Shown: positions 26,801-40,729 of the stretch, piece by piece | Position numbering within the stretch: position 1 is the stretch's first letter | How the letters are laid out: the number at the start of each line of letters is the position of its first letter | DNA from: Orbicella franksi | Taxonomy: Eukaryota | Reading direction: 5' to 3' | DNA length: 64,000 nt | NCBI GenBank assembly: GCA_964199315.1 | Contig: OZ116698.1 | Location: 42,222,001-42,286,000, forward strand | Position numbers and translations under genes: made by a program | Notes under the pieces: generated by a model | Seen by the model: only the letters and a program-made list of their open reading frames with translations | What the model was told of the DNA's origin: nothing | Databases searched by the model: none

Positions 26801-29800
26801 ATCTGCCATTGGTATGAAATCCTTGGCTTGTACTACCACATGTTTCTGTAGCAGTTGTTAACCTGGCTTTTGGGTAGACTAAGATCATGTCCACCACTTT
26901 ATACATACCTAGTTTCAGCCCTACTCCTCTGGAGCTTTTCGCCAAAGCAGCTGAACCTCCTTCAGTAACACTTTTGATTGACACACGCTGAACTACGGTG
27001 TTCCCACGAGACTTGTCTATTGTAACACCCATTCCCAGCTCACCTGATGATACAACACATAAAATGGAACTATGTACATCAATGTACAGTCGTGTATATG
27101 TGAACTTTATTTGGTATTAATATATGGAGAGTAAAATGACTGAATCTTGTACACAACATTACATTGTTGAATTAGGGTCTAACAGTTGAGCCCTTATAAC
27201 CCTTTGGCAGCCTGTAAAGTGCTTGGGAAACTTACTTAAAACGTCCTCTCCAATTTTTCACTTACAACGCTTCATACTAGCTACTTGGTATTATATCTAC
27301 CTTAAATGCAACAATATCTTAATTTGTAGACTTAGTTAGCTTCAGCGATGTTCAGGGAAAAATGTGTAGTTTTATTTTGAATGGGGCACTTGTTCAAAGG
27401 ACATGTTAAATCAAGGAAATAAATGTAAGCATGAACTTCAAATGTTAGCATTTTGCAAAGTTTCCTATCTGTATTGTTTTAGGCTTACCAGTGGGTTGTT
27501 TAATAATTGTATAGATGTCTTCAAGATATTCTGCAGCAACTGTAAACATTAAAAACATGTCTGAGTAATTTAAGTAGGCACCACATTTTGGATCTACATC
27601 CACACTTGATCACCTTTGTTGCTAAACCGACTGGCAAAACTTACTTGAATCAATAACAATATGGTTTGTTTGTTGTTCATTTTCATTACTGAATACTACA
27701 GGGACCTGATAGCCTGTCTGTAAACTAGCTCCTTTTTAAGTGATATTTCACACTTGAAAGTTTGAAATGATTATGGGAATAATAATCTAAAAAAGTAACT
27801 TTTGAAACAACTCAGTCTCATACCAGGTTCATCTGTGAAAACAGCGTCATCTGGCTCTTGAAGGGCTTGAGACTGAAAAAAAGTCAACATTTTGATATTA
27901 ATTTGAATTCAATAATGTTTTACATATTTTATATTTTTCTGCAGTTCACATGTGCCTAAATAGCTTAAGTTGCACATTCATCAGTTATTAACAATATTTC
28001 ACTAACCTAGTAAATATCATAATTGCCTCACTGCAGATGACAACAATATTATTAAGTTTGAGACACACAAGTTCTCTGTATCCATGAGTGTACAGGGAAA
28101 CCAGTGGTTGGTTTGGGAAACCAGTGGTTGGTTTGGAAAACTTGAAAAAAAGCTGGGGCTTATCCACAGTGAACTAGAGCTACCATCCCATCTGGGGAGG
28201 GGGTAGGGCAGTAACAATACTCCTAAGTGCTTCCCACTACAGAAACCAGATAAAGCTCTGGTACCATGGGCTAGTGGCTCTGAGTGTGACTTCAGCTTAG
28301 CCCAGTTTTTTACAAATTAATTAGGAAACAAGAGTGACCTTGCAAAGACCGAAATGGAACATGAAATGGTCTGCAGTGGAAGAACTCCAGGTACCAGACT
28401 CATAGAATTAACTTCTTTCCTACAGACAATGTATGATTTTTACATCGTCCCATTATTCAGCCAGCTTTGGGTTTCACAGACCAACTAGGAAATTGATGTT
28501 AAGTATTTGTTTTAAATTCATGTTTTCTTTGGTCAAAAGATTCAAAGAACCAACATGTATACAAAACGCAATAAAAATAAATTATCACCTTCTTTTTCCT
28601 GCTTGATCCTGCAGAGAGTGGTATTAGAAGATCAAAAGATGAGGAAAGACTTGTCATGTTGTCTGAAAGAAATAAACAATGAGACCGCTTGGTCAAGGTA
28701 TTTTTAATTAGGAAACAGTTTTCTCATAAACTTCAAGATTCACATAGTTAGGAACAGCTAAATTTTGCAGTTTTAGCAACTAATAAAATTAGTGACTTCT
28801 AATTTTTAGTCTCATTTTGGAGATCAATTTAACTTAATCTTCTGTTACATCAGCAATTTTTATCTTTAGAGGGTGCTTATTTAGAATTAATTGATTTTTC
28901 TTGCATTCATGTATGTTGTTGATAAAAAAGTAACTTAAGGGATATGTAAAAACTGGTCTCAATGAAACCTACCACCAGAGAAAAGACACCCATGTTTTCA
29001 GAATTGTGAGTGAATGGGTTCTTTGATGTTATGTAACTTCTAACTATGACTATAACATAAGCATATTGAGCACTGAAAATATCTGTTTGTCCTTCTTGTG
29101 CACATTAGCAGAACAAGTGTTGCTTTTTACTTTGTTACCCTTTTAATTAAACCTATTAATTAAACAAATTGAAATGAAAACCTACCACAAGAATCAGAAC
29201 TGCCTGAAGCACCCGCGAGGGTGGATGCTGTCCCAACACTCTTTGATTTCCCAGACATCTTTTTATCCAATAACTGACGCTCACTTTGAAGTTTGCTTAG
29301 TGCATCATTTAGTTGTAGAGGTATCTTCTCTGATGCATTGCTCTGTATGACTGTAATGTACACTTTTCCTGGAGGAACTTTATCCAGAATGCCATACACT
29401 TTTTCCACTGTTAAACCTTCTAATTTCACATCATTTATTTCAAGGATTTGGTCACCTTGCCTGTTAAGTAAAAAGTCTTGTTACAGTAATTCTCAATAAC
29501 AAGCTACAGGTAACTCTTTTCAAGGTATCCTCAGAACTTTATTATCTAGCTCTCTGCACGCACTGCAGGCCTATGATGAGGGAGCATCATAGGCCTGCAG
29601 TGCATGCAGAGAGCTAGATAATAAAGCTCTGAGGAGATAATTTATTGTTATGGCAACTGTGTGAAAACCAGAAAGTCAGTGAGAGCTTTGCTCTATGCTT
29701 ACTTGTACAACTGGTATATAAATTTTTCTGTTGGCCAGTAAGTTCCATTTGGTGCTTACTAGACCATACACTGCTGTACACAGACATTTTGACCAGGATG

Positions 29801-32800
29801 GAGTGTATAAAATTTTACAATGCCTTTACTTCTGCAAAATTCAAAAACTCACAACTGCTTTTTTTCCACATAATTATCTCAGCAAACTACTAACAAAAAA
29901 AAAACCTGGATCAAAATCTTCTGGTCACAATGGACTAATGTGATGTTTTTGCAGCTTTTTGTTCCTAAGTGCCAGTTCTAGTTCAAAGTGAAATAGAACC
30001 CCCAAAGAAATTCAATTGGACAACAAACCCACATTAAACAAACAATGAACAAATGAATGAGTGAAGGCCATATGGTTTGTGAGACTGTCTTAAAATGGCA
30101 TGATTAATTTGTTAAAATTATCTTTCGGTAGTAAATGCTGAAAGAAAACTTGTCTATAAAAATACCAAACAACAAACTTAGTGAGAAGAAATCTTCAGAC
30201 AAAAACTTTCAACATTTGCTCTTATCAAAATAGGCATTTCACCTCAGTCGTCCATCATTCGCTGCTGGGGTCCCTTCAATAATACATTGAACAAAGATGC
30301 CTTGTAACTGCTGGCTTGATGGACTGCGTTCTCCTAAACCGATTCCCAAGCTGTTCCCAGGCTCTGAAGAGAAGTGAACATACAGAGGTCTTGCTCAGTC
30401 TTATAAAACACAGCTACATTATCAAGTGAACCCAGTTTCTTGAATTCTATATAATAATTCTTAAAAATGTTTTTATTATTCCAACCGAAACCTGAATCAC
30501 TATTGTTTACATACAACATTATATTTGTTCAGTGAATGAAATTAATAATCACAGCTACATGTATTAACAAAATAAACATAAGTTACACATTATTTAAATT
30601 CTTCCACAACTTGATACAAGTAATGTATGTTTATAAATTACTGCATTAGTAACTGTTTTCGCCAACAATTTTTAATTTGGACAGCATGAAATATGTCATT
30701 GCAAGAAAATAAATCATGTCACTTGAACGTTCTACATGTATTCCAGCTAGATGGAGATCAACTTTAATATTTGAGAAAACTTTAAATAAATTATATTGTG
30801 GTAGAGAAAGACTCTTGGAAAATCTAGCACAAATTCACATTTTACTTTTTAACACAGAGAAACGTTCACGTTTATAGCTCCAAAGTTGTCATCAGAATTG
30901 TTTAATTTAAACTTTGAACCCCTATTCTCTTAGTAGTTGATAGTTATGAAAAATATTATTAATCATTAGAGATTATCAGAACTTTAAGCTATTGTTCAAT
31001 AAAACACCATCACAAAGCCAGAATAGTACTTATTGTAAAATTAGTCCTTGCAGAAATCTACAGACACTAAAAGGGTGATTTAAATATGCTTCGCTATTAT
31101 AGTCATAACTAGACATTCATTGATATCAGACCAAAATAAATCTAAATCTATATAGTAAAATTTATTATCATAACAAACCAGGAGAACAAATTGACTTGAT
31201 GTTAAAATGTTAAGCAAGTTAACTTATAACAAGATCAAACATAAACACAATTTTAGTTGACGTCGGATTGATCATATATCAAAATTAATCTACAGAAATT
31301 AAAGTAAATTATACATCAAATAAATTTAAAGTCACACCTTTATATAACACAACTTCAGTTTTTTTCTCCTTTTGGCTCCTTTTTTGACGCAGCTTACGAA
31401 ACATCGTTGGCGATGAAGAATTACTCGAGCTAGAGGATTCAGCAGTTACATCTTTGCTGTTATGACGTGAGCTTCCCGGTGAGCTCCGAGGTGTAGTGAA
31501 CGCTGACAAACTTGGAGCTCCAGGGCTGTTTCTTTTTACTTTCAAGGTCACAATTCCTCTGCGAAGATTCTAGGAACCAGGACAACAACAAAGATTACTA
31601 CACCACATACAAATTTCACCAGGCATGCAGAACTTAGCAGATTGTTAACGCAAAATATCAGTCTTAAAACCTTCAAAATGATAACAATTCTCCAACAAAT
31701 TTCAATTCTTCACACTGTGAAATTGAAAACAATAAAAGTAAACATTTAATAAAATAATGCTTAACATTTTCAGAAATTACTACAAGGATTTTGAACTGTG
31801 ACTGTTTATGAATTGATTAGTTTTTCTGGTTTGAACATTTGTAATAACAGTTATCAGTTTGTTTGCTTTTGATAAGGCTCTCGATCAGTAACACACAAGG
31901 CAGGTGACAGAGGTAGCTGTTTAATATTTAATAATGAATTGTAGCATTTGTAAACCATGTGAGGAAAATCTCTTGGATCAGCAAGGCTTAAAGAAAGATT
32001 GTCTTTAGATTCACTCAAAACACAATTTTTCCACTTTAATGTTTTTGACTGATCACATGGTTTTCAAATAGGTTATTTTAGCACTGCATTCTAATTAAGC
32101 CAAAGACATGATGCTAATTTTCACCAGGAACAAACAAATACCATAAAACTATTGATTTTTCATACAATGGCTAGCACTGTCATTCAAATTAATCCTGACC
32201 TCTTTCCTTAACACTGCTTGAAACCAAGGTGAACGTAAACACCAAAATTAATTGTTTTACGAATCAGCAAGAATAATTATGAAGAATAATTTGAATTCAC
32301 AATGAAGCATGAACAGGGTTGATTAACACACCAAAGATAAATGACTCAATCAGTATTAAATCAACTTTTGCTGTTAGCCAGTGTTTTGACCATGTTCTAA
32401 ACTAATATTGGCTATCTAGATTTGTTCTGAAATAATACAGAGTTCTATAAAATGTCTCAACAATCAACAAAAGGTAATTCAAACTTTTAAAGCAATTATA
32501 CTTAAAAATTTTGGAGACTGAATTTGGCATATAGAACTGAAATATTTTACAAAAACTACTGCTCAGAGAATATTTAAGATTTGTTTTGGGGAAAAAATAT
32601 TTTTGGAAAAGTGAATTTTTTGAAATCTTGTGGACAATTTCCATATAACACGGAAAAAGTTAATTATCAAAAATCAATACATGTAGAGTTATCCATATCT
32701 CAAACAAACACATTTTTTTTGCTTATCCTGTAAGGAACATACTTTTATAAAATTGCCAGAAGACAACCTCCCTGCTAATATATATAGTAATTCCGTTTTT

Positions 32801-35800
32801 CAGCAGATTTAAGACGACGAAAATTCTTGATTTACAAAACAATACTAACAAAGGTCTGTTTTGTTATCAATAATTATTATGATGGAATGAAAGTAAGTCA
32901 GTATCTTTTCCAAGTGATTTACTTTTATTTAATAAGTTAAAAAGGAAAAATATTTATGGTTAATAACAATATAAATGAGAGCCAACACAATTTGCCGAAC
33001 AATAAAAAGAGAGCAAATTTGATGTGACGGAGAAACTTTGCATGAGTGCATATATTATGGTTTAATTGTATTTTTTGGTTAGAAATTATCCAAATCCATG
33101 TTTCAGATTATGTTTAAGAATTGAATGTGGTACAAAGAAAATCAAAATCAGTTGCAACAAGTTTGAAAGTCCACATGTCAATTACATTTCAAACATCAAC
33201 AGGCTGTTGTGTTTCAACTACTATCAATTATTATGATTATTTATTATATGTACAATGTGTTGTATCCATATTCCTTTTACCAAAGATTTGTGTTTTGGTT
33301 TGTGCCCCCCACGCCAACAACACCACTAAAAAAATTCCAGTTTAACTTTATACTTTCCTTTAAATGATTTTGCTTTGAAGACCCCCCCAACCCCTCTGCC
33401 TTGGAATTTCCATTTGACTTTCCATGGTCTGAATGTTTTCTGGAACTGTGCAATTACGATGGCACATAGGTCAACTCTTATTATAACTGATTGGGTTAAC
33501 ATGTATCATATAGGCCCCAGTTGTTCAAAGGGCATAAAATGCTACCCTGCGGATAAATCACTACCCAGTGTATCGTGTGGTTTGTTTTGATAACATCCAA
33601 TTGGATAGTGATATCCAGTGGATATTAGTATTATCCACCCTTTGAACAACTGGTGCCTGGTCAACATTTAGAGTTACCATTTTGTCCAAACATGATTGAC
33701 CTTAATTGACTCAGAGAAGTTTCATCACAAACCTTACAAAATTTCTCTAAATTTTCCAAATTTATACTAAATAACAAAATTTTGCATGAAGTATTACCTT
33801 AAAGGTGTCCAGCGCTTCTTGATGCGTGAAGCCTTGAAAAGCTGTCCCATTTACTGACAGCACCTCATCTCCTGTAAATTGATGAGAAAATCTTTCAGTC
33901 TTAATAGCAGGGTTTAGCCATAGAAATGATGCCACCATTTAATATTGTTAATGAAGATGTTAAGTACAGTGGAAACTAACCTGAATAGTCAAGTTCAAAA
34001 TATTTTTAAGAATATAAATTCTCCTTAGGCTGATTGAGAATGTTTCTTCCATGTAAACTCTGAGAATTTAGTGTTACACCAAGAGAATATCTCCTAGCTG
34101 ATGAATTTCTTTATTCTCAACGCCTGTTCACTTGAGAATGCATTGATACTGTAAAGGGAAGTTGGATGTTGATCGCTTTTGGAGAATAAGAGGCTTGATG
34201 GAAACAGTGTCTCATACTATTGAGGTTGATAGTCAACTGATTATCCACAGCTTGTAACAATCAATAAGCACTGAATGATTCAGATCCCTACCTCGTTTCA
34301 TTCTGCCATCTGCTTCTGCTGCACCGCCAGGAAGAATATTCTTGACATACACAGCCATATCACCATGAGGTGAGCCTTTTCCTCCAACAATAGTAAAGCC
34401 AAGACCTTTTCCGCTCATTCCTTTGACCAAGACTATGGTCACAATTTCCTCGTCCATTCCTTTACTAGCCCTCCTCACAGTGTTCTCATAACTTCCTTTT
34501 CTTTTAGCTTGTGGCGAGTCTCGTTCATTACTTCCAACAAAATTCAGAGGTGTTGGTGAAGCTATCGTCATAACATTAGAAGGGGACTCCCCAAGATAGC
34601 GTGCAGGGAAGACAATTCCCATGCCTCCTGGAGACTGAGGCCTTGGAAGCGAAGGCGAGATTTGACCAGGTTCCAAACTTGTTCTGCTGTTGGGTGGCTT
34701 TTCTTTTGATGTGTTTGACAAAACATTTGGTGAATTTCTTTTCCCTGTAGCATCGATAACTGGGGACAATGAAGTCTTGCGAGGTGATGTATTTGTTGTT
34801 GAGCCTTTTGTTAGGGGTTTATCTTCTAAAGTCACTGGCTCACAATCTAGACTTTCATCTTCTTTTGATAACAAAATATCCCCAGAGTTTGACTTTGATG
34901 TCCCATCTGAACTCAAAGATGAACTACTTGAGGACCGACGCCTACCATTAGTCAAGCTTGATATGCTTCCATCCACAGGAAAACCATTTTGTATCTTGAA
35001 TGAATTCTCCATAAAGTCAGTTTGTTTATTGTGATTATTATTCTTCTCCAATCTGTGATCAGTTGTTCTAGAATGACCATTTGCTATTGGTTGTTGTACA
35101 TCAGAGTGGTTCAACCTTGTAGTTGCTTCTTCTACATGTTTACCGGTTAGAGAAATTTTCTTTTTGGTGTGATCCAAAGTCTTGCTTCTGCCTTTGTAAC
35201 TTGTATTTAACACATTGTCTGCAGATGCAGCACGGGGAAGGCTTCTTGTTCCCTGTTTCATAGCTTTTCTCTGCACATTTTCCTGTGACTCTGATCTACC
35301 TCTCAATGGGATTTTCCTCTCTGCAGGAGATTCACTACCCTGTGTAACACAGCAGTGAAAGACATTAAGAAAATCCCCACAGTTGTTGAATTGAATTTGC
35401 ATGGAATTAAGTGGTCATGAGCACTTGCTATAATGACACTTAGAAAATTTTAAAACGTTCAAACTTGTATGGTAATGCTCAATTAGCCTTCATTTTTGTG
35501 GGGAAGGGGGAAGAGAGAGTCATGGGGGAGGGGGAGGGGGAGGCTATTAAAGGGCACATCAAGGGTGAGTACTTAATTGCAACCTAAGATAATTAACAAC
35601 TCTTATACGATAACCAACATATAGATGTTATGTCTGATATTAACCTGCGTGGAAATAACTAGTTGTATAAGCTTTGGTGATGCTCTCAGCAAGTCGACAG
35701 CCTCCTGTTGTGTGACACCTATTAGGCTATGACCATTGATCCACAAAAGTTCATCACCATCCTTAAGGCGACCATCCCTACACAACAGTGAATTCAAAAT

Positions 35801-38800
35801 GGCTTGAATGAGATATGGCAATATTTTATTTAAATATTTTAAGTAATATCAAAGAATCAGTGAATATTTACATGTCACTTTAGTACAAAAGTCTAGCCCT
35901 TTTCAGCAAGAACTTAAGGGTTTATAGTTAGCCAGGTGAACATGGAACAGAGAGATCTTTACTAAGACCTGACTAAACTAAAACCTTTAAAATGGCCATC
36001 TCTACTTTGATTTTTTGCTTTGTGATATTGCATTGTGAACGTTTTGGTTACACTTTCGTAGTGTTCAATATTGTTTTTGTTTTGTTTGAGCACATATTGA
36101 AGAGTGACTTAGAATCTGGAATTTTTTGGTTAACGGGATACTATCAAACGTCTCCATTAGACTCCTCTAGCATGCTATAAAGACACTTCTATATTACAAC
36201 AGTTCACTTGGTCCCAGAAGAGTCAAGGTTTATATAACCCTTACCCCAATAATATGGACACTCACCTCTGGGCTTTGGTTATCTAGTATATACATGTACT
36301 ATAATGCACTGTGGCTTTAGGGAACAAAATTTTGATTTGTCTTTAACTTTTGGAATATTCGTTTACAAGTGTTTTGACATATTGATTTGTCTCTAAGAAT
36401 GCAATAATTTATATTAATGTCTAAAGAACATTGAATTGCTTGTCTCATCTGGGACGACAGGATATACATATAGCATTGCAAAATTTAAGACCAAGATTGA
36501 CAACACCCTGTAAACATCACCAGAAAAATTATAAACATCATTAACCTTGCTGCAGCTCCTCCAGGGCTGACATCAGACACAAAAACACCTTTCTCTCCTG
36601 TAACACGGTTCAACTTCATTGATATTTGAACTCCAAGTCCACGGCTGTCTTTAAGGATGTGAATCTTTTTGACCATATTTTTCTGTAGAGAAACATGTTG
36701 CTTATTTTAAGGAGTTTTAGACAACAGAGAGCACAAGTACATTTATATGTGCGGCATTAACTTGTGACACCTATCCACAAGACAGTGCATCATACTTTAA
36801 GGAGAAAACCGATATTGATAAGTTAGCTATGCTGCATTATTTTTATTGCTTCAGTAACATTTCTAGTCAAATTTTGGCCTTGCCCAAAAAATGAGAACTA
36901 GTGGTCTGGCCTTTACAAGTATATTTCCTAATATTGATCAAAATCTTTCTTCTCCCAGCAAAATAAGTATATTCTCAAGAAGACAGGCGATAAAAAAAAA
37001 AACAAACTCATCAAGGTATTAGGGTATTTGGGCATTTGGACATTAGGGTATTGGGGTACTAGGGTATTAGGTTATTAGGGTATGAAGGTATCAGGTTATT
37101 AGGGTATGAAGGTATTAGGTTATTAGGGTATGAAGGTATTAGGTTATTAGGGTCTGAAGGTATTAGGTTATTAGGATATCTAAGTATTAGGGTTCTAGGG
37201 AACTAGGTTATTAGGGTATTGGTGTATTGGTATATTGTGGTTTTAGGGTATTGGGGTTTTTTGGTAATGGAAAATTGGGGTATGGAGGTTATGGAACATT
37301 AGGGTATTAGGATATTAGGGTATTAGGTTATTAGCAGTAATATAATTGGGGCGTTGGGGTATTAGGGTATTAGGGTATCGAGGAATTTGGGTATTGATGT
37401 ATTGGGATATAGAGGTATTGGGGTATTGGGGATTTGAGGCTAAGAGACAATGGAGCTTTAGGACATTGGGGTATTATGTTATTAGGGTGTTGCGGTATTA
37501 GAGTAGTAGGACATCAGGGTATCAAGGTATTATTGTATTAGAGTGATAGGATATTAGGGTATCAGGGTATTAGGGTATCAGGGTGTTAGGGTATTAGGGT
37601 ATTAGGGTATTAGGGAATCAGAGTATTAGGATATTAGGCTATTAGGGTATCAGGGTATCAGGGTATTACGGTATTAGAGAATTAGTGTGTTAGGGTATTA
37701 CAATAGTAGGGTATTAGGATATCAGGGTATTAGAGTATTAGGGTGTTAGGGTATTAGAGTAGTAGTGCATTAGGATATCAGGGTATTTGAATATTAGGGT
37801 ATCAGGGTATTAGGGTACTAGGGTATTAAGGAATCAGGGTATTAGGATATTAGGCTATTGGGGTATTAGGGTATTAGAGTATTAGAGTGATAGGGTATTA
37901 GAATATCAGGGTATTAGAGTATAAGTGTGTTAGGGTATTAGAGTAGTAGGGTATTAGGATATCAGGATATTTGAATATTAGGGTGTCAGGGTATTAGGCT
38001 ATTAGGGTATCAGGGTATCAGGGTATTACGGTATTAGAGAATTAGTGTGTTAGGGTATTAGGATATTAGGGTATTTAGGGTGTTGGGGTATTGGAGTAGT
38101 AGGGCATTAGGGTATCAGGGTATTATTGTATCAGGGTACCGGGGTATTAGGGTATTAGGGTATCAGGGTACTGGGGTATTAGGGTATTAGGTATTAGGGT
38201 ACATACATACATACACACTTCATTTAGACATGGTAAAAACATCAGTTACAAGATTTAGATATATTGTATTATATGTTTGCCTGTGGGAGTACAAGGAGGA
38301 CAGTTGGCAATTAAGTCCGTAGTCTGTGCTGAGGGGTTTAAATAGGCCTTTCAGCTATTCCGGAGACTGATCATTCAAAGTTTTACACAATCTAGTGTAT
38401 CGAGGAACTCGACTAAATATGGTCTCAAATCATGGAGATATTCTGCCCCAAAGAAATGGAACTAGCTAACAAATGATATTAGCACTAAAGTAGGCACTAA
38501 TGAAGTGAACAACAAAATTCAATCACTTAAGTTTGACTGATGTCGGAATTTATTGTGATTTGATTCTCTAGATTTTTAGTTCTCTGCATTTATAGGTCTT
38601 TATAGTTTTATACGATCAATTATTGTATATTTTTTGAGGATTTAATTCTTAGCATATACTAGGGCAATGAATTACCTGTAAACTAGCTGATTAGCTAAGT
38701 GTAACTATTGTATGGTATCAAATACAGTACCAACAAATTAGAACTCAGAACTAGCATTATGCAAAACAAACAGAAATCAGGAAGAATTAAAATTTCAATG

Positions 38801-40348
38801 CCAAGTTCATGAAGAGGAACTTGAGAGTCAAAACTCTCTTTATTCTCAATCAAGTTTAATTTGACACTTGAAGGTAAAATTATTTCAACAATCAGATGAC
38901 AGATGCTCCTTCTCGTAGTCATTTTGTTTTGATTTCAGTTTGTAGAGTAATCCTGCAAAGTATGAACAGATCTACAGCAATAAATATGTGATGTTTTTCG
39001 TTAACTAGCAATGAAAGAATTTTAATCCAATTTTCATCACAAAAACTCGCACGTTTAGTACAACCTTTCTCATAGCTCAACTCAATAAGAAAAAATAAAA
39101 TTACTTAGATTTAGAATGTTTTTCATGAGTACGGATCGTTAAATACAAAAAGTTAAGATTTACCGGTTTTGAAGCATCAGGAATTCTTTCAAGTGCAGCT
39201 GTTGCAATCCCATTAGCTATCGGTGGAATATTGCTTTCCGTTAGGTTCCGGACGACTTTTATTTTTAATTTGCCACTTCGTAAAGCACTACCCAAGTACC
39301 ACCTAATAAAATAAAACGTTGGAAATGTTCATACTCTAGGCACTTCAATTAATATTGGTCAATAAACATGGGCAAATATCAGATGATTTCAAATCCAAGA
39401 TGTTTGGGAATATTGTTTGTAGACGGGTAGTGAAATATACAAACCGTAATAAACAGGTATAAAATTGAAGCTAACTTAGACACTGACACCATGTTCAAAC
39501 ACAATCGGGAATTTGTAGGAAGGATAGCAAATGATTAATTAATGAATCACTTCTTTTTCAGTTCTTATCAAGCTCTAAACGAAAATACAACGACATGCAT
39601 TTTCGAAGTCGACATCACCATAACAAAACACTAAAGGAGATCTCAGTTAAAACGAAAACAAAGGTCACACAATACAGGCCAATACAAATGATGGAAACTT
39701 GTTAAAAATCTCCAAATTTCACCCAAACAACAAGTAAACCACAACCAATACAAATCTCTGTTAACAAGAATGAATAAATCATGTTGTGGAGAAAGAGTTT
39801 GCAAGATTCCACTCTGATAAACCTTGATTGTCGTAAATTACAGTTCCTTTAGATTCTAATTGAAACCCTGGGGAGAATCGTTTTATTTACGACGATATTT
39901 TAAGTACATCTTTGTGCAGGATCCAAACTGTGGGATTAATTCATTACGCTTTCCCATATAGAATATACCTGTTGCGGTTTTTCATAAGCTTTTATGAAGT
40001 GTATGTTTTTTACCTTGCTCGTTCAAGACTAGCCTTTGATAAATCGTGTCCATTAATTTCCAACACCCGATCTCCAACTGATAGCTTTCCATCGTCTTTA
40101 GCTCTGCTACCCGGCAATAAATCCGCGATTCTGATATTTCCCAAAGCACTTCTTGCACGACTTGGGCTGCCAGAAGCTTTATTTTCGAGTACAACTCCAA
40201 AATTTCCCGTGCAATCTTCAAATTCGAACGAGATAATGTCGTCTGCATTAACGACATCTCTTCGAAGAGGAGTTCCATTTTCTGTAATCGAAGCTTTTTT
40301 TGCTCGCGGAGAGAACTCTCTTGAAGAAGAAACCTTACTTTCAGTCAT
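14816..40348 (-). CDS. PDZD2: Very large multi-PDZ scaffold, PDZD2/pro-IL-16 family, about 3749 aa with ten PDZ domains
   Basis: 18 exons: 40348-40014, 39302-39164, 36682-36546, 35777-35645, 35339-34292, 33871-33798, 31569-31338, 30363-30243, 29460-29186, 28662-28589, 27872-27824, 27539-27489, 27043-26909, 26087-25426, 24885-23507, 22981-18067, 16988-16224, 15541-14816. All are GT-AG, phases match and the sum is 11250 nt. PDZ motifs include GLGFTIVGGKGSPHGDMAVYV and C-terminal GLGFSLGGGQDSLYGDAPIHV. The symbol rests on family resemblance plus adjacency to GOLPH3. Confidence 0.85.
17166..17304. mobile_element. MITE with CAGTGGCGGATC termini and 5-bp TSD
   Basis: cagtggcggatc...gatccgccactg flanked on both sides by ATAAT (17161-17165 and 17305-17309). 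Confidence 0.8.
17796..18036. mobile_element. TTAA-flanked MITE (Kolobok-like), copy 1
   Basis: ttaaaggag...ctcctttaa termini. The interior aligns along its length with the copy at 55935-56174. Confidence 0.8.
23038..23200. mobile_element. Degenerate palindromic MITE-like repeat
   Basis: Imperfect inverted halves (tttgcctctgtgtaaaaac...gcattttgaaacactggcacaa) in the intron before the giant exon. Confidence 0.45.
28152..28298 (+). mobile_element. SINE-like fragment (V-domain-like), degenerate copy
   Basis: catcccatctggggagg...aatactcc...ctacagaaacc resembles the copy at 58071-58232. Confidence 0.5.
29529..29634. repeat. 50-bp inverted repeat with 6-nt loop (intronic hairpin)
   Basis: Arms 29529-29578 and 29585-29634 are complementary at 48 of 50 positions; the loop is agggag. 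Confidence 0.95.
33513..33657. mobile_element. Palindromic MITE (cagttgttcaaag...tggata family), copy 1
   Basis: ggccccagttgttcaaaggg and ccctttgaacaactggtgcc termini. Related copies occur at 50511 and 55722. Confidence 0.75.
37015..38218 (+). repeat. Degenerate (GGGTATTA)n minisatellite ending in (TACA)n
   Basis: About 1.2 kb of 8-bp ttagggta units and variants, a 24-bp sub-unit near 37065-37160, and block duplications. It lies in PDZD2 intron 2. Confidence 0.95.
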
Positions 40349-40729
40349 GATGTTTATATTTCAATTGCTGGAAGAGTCTATCTTGTTATGATTCTGTTAC
40401 GGACATTCCTCCAATACTTCCTGACTTCACAACGATCCGTATACGTTACCAAGTTCCCTTGGTTGTAGCTCGTTTGCCGCGCTATCCAAGAAGATCCGCG
40501 CAATAATAAACTTTTCACTCTTTCTCTTCACACTAGACATCTTCCAGCCAGCTATACGTTTTCCGACGAGTCTTAAACTTCATAATCCTTCTAGAAAAAT
40601 CGTATCTAACTATTCTTAGTGACTTATGTATAATGTCTTTTGAAGTTCTACTTTTTGAATGTGCATCTGCATATCATAAGCCATGACGTCATCGCTCCCA
40701 TCCCACTCTACCCCCAATGCAATCTGAAA

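Noticed and set aside
37015-38218. True interstitial telomere or chromosome-fusion scar
   Set aside because: The unit is 8 bp (TTAGGGTA), there are no tandem (TTAGGG)n runs, and there is no head-to-head inversion.
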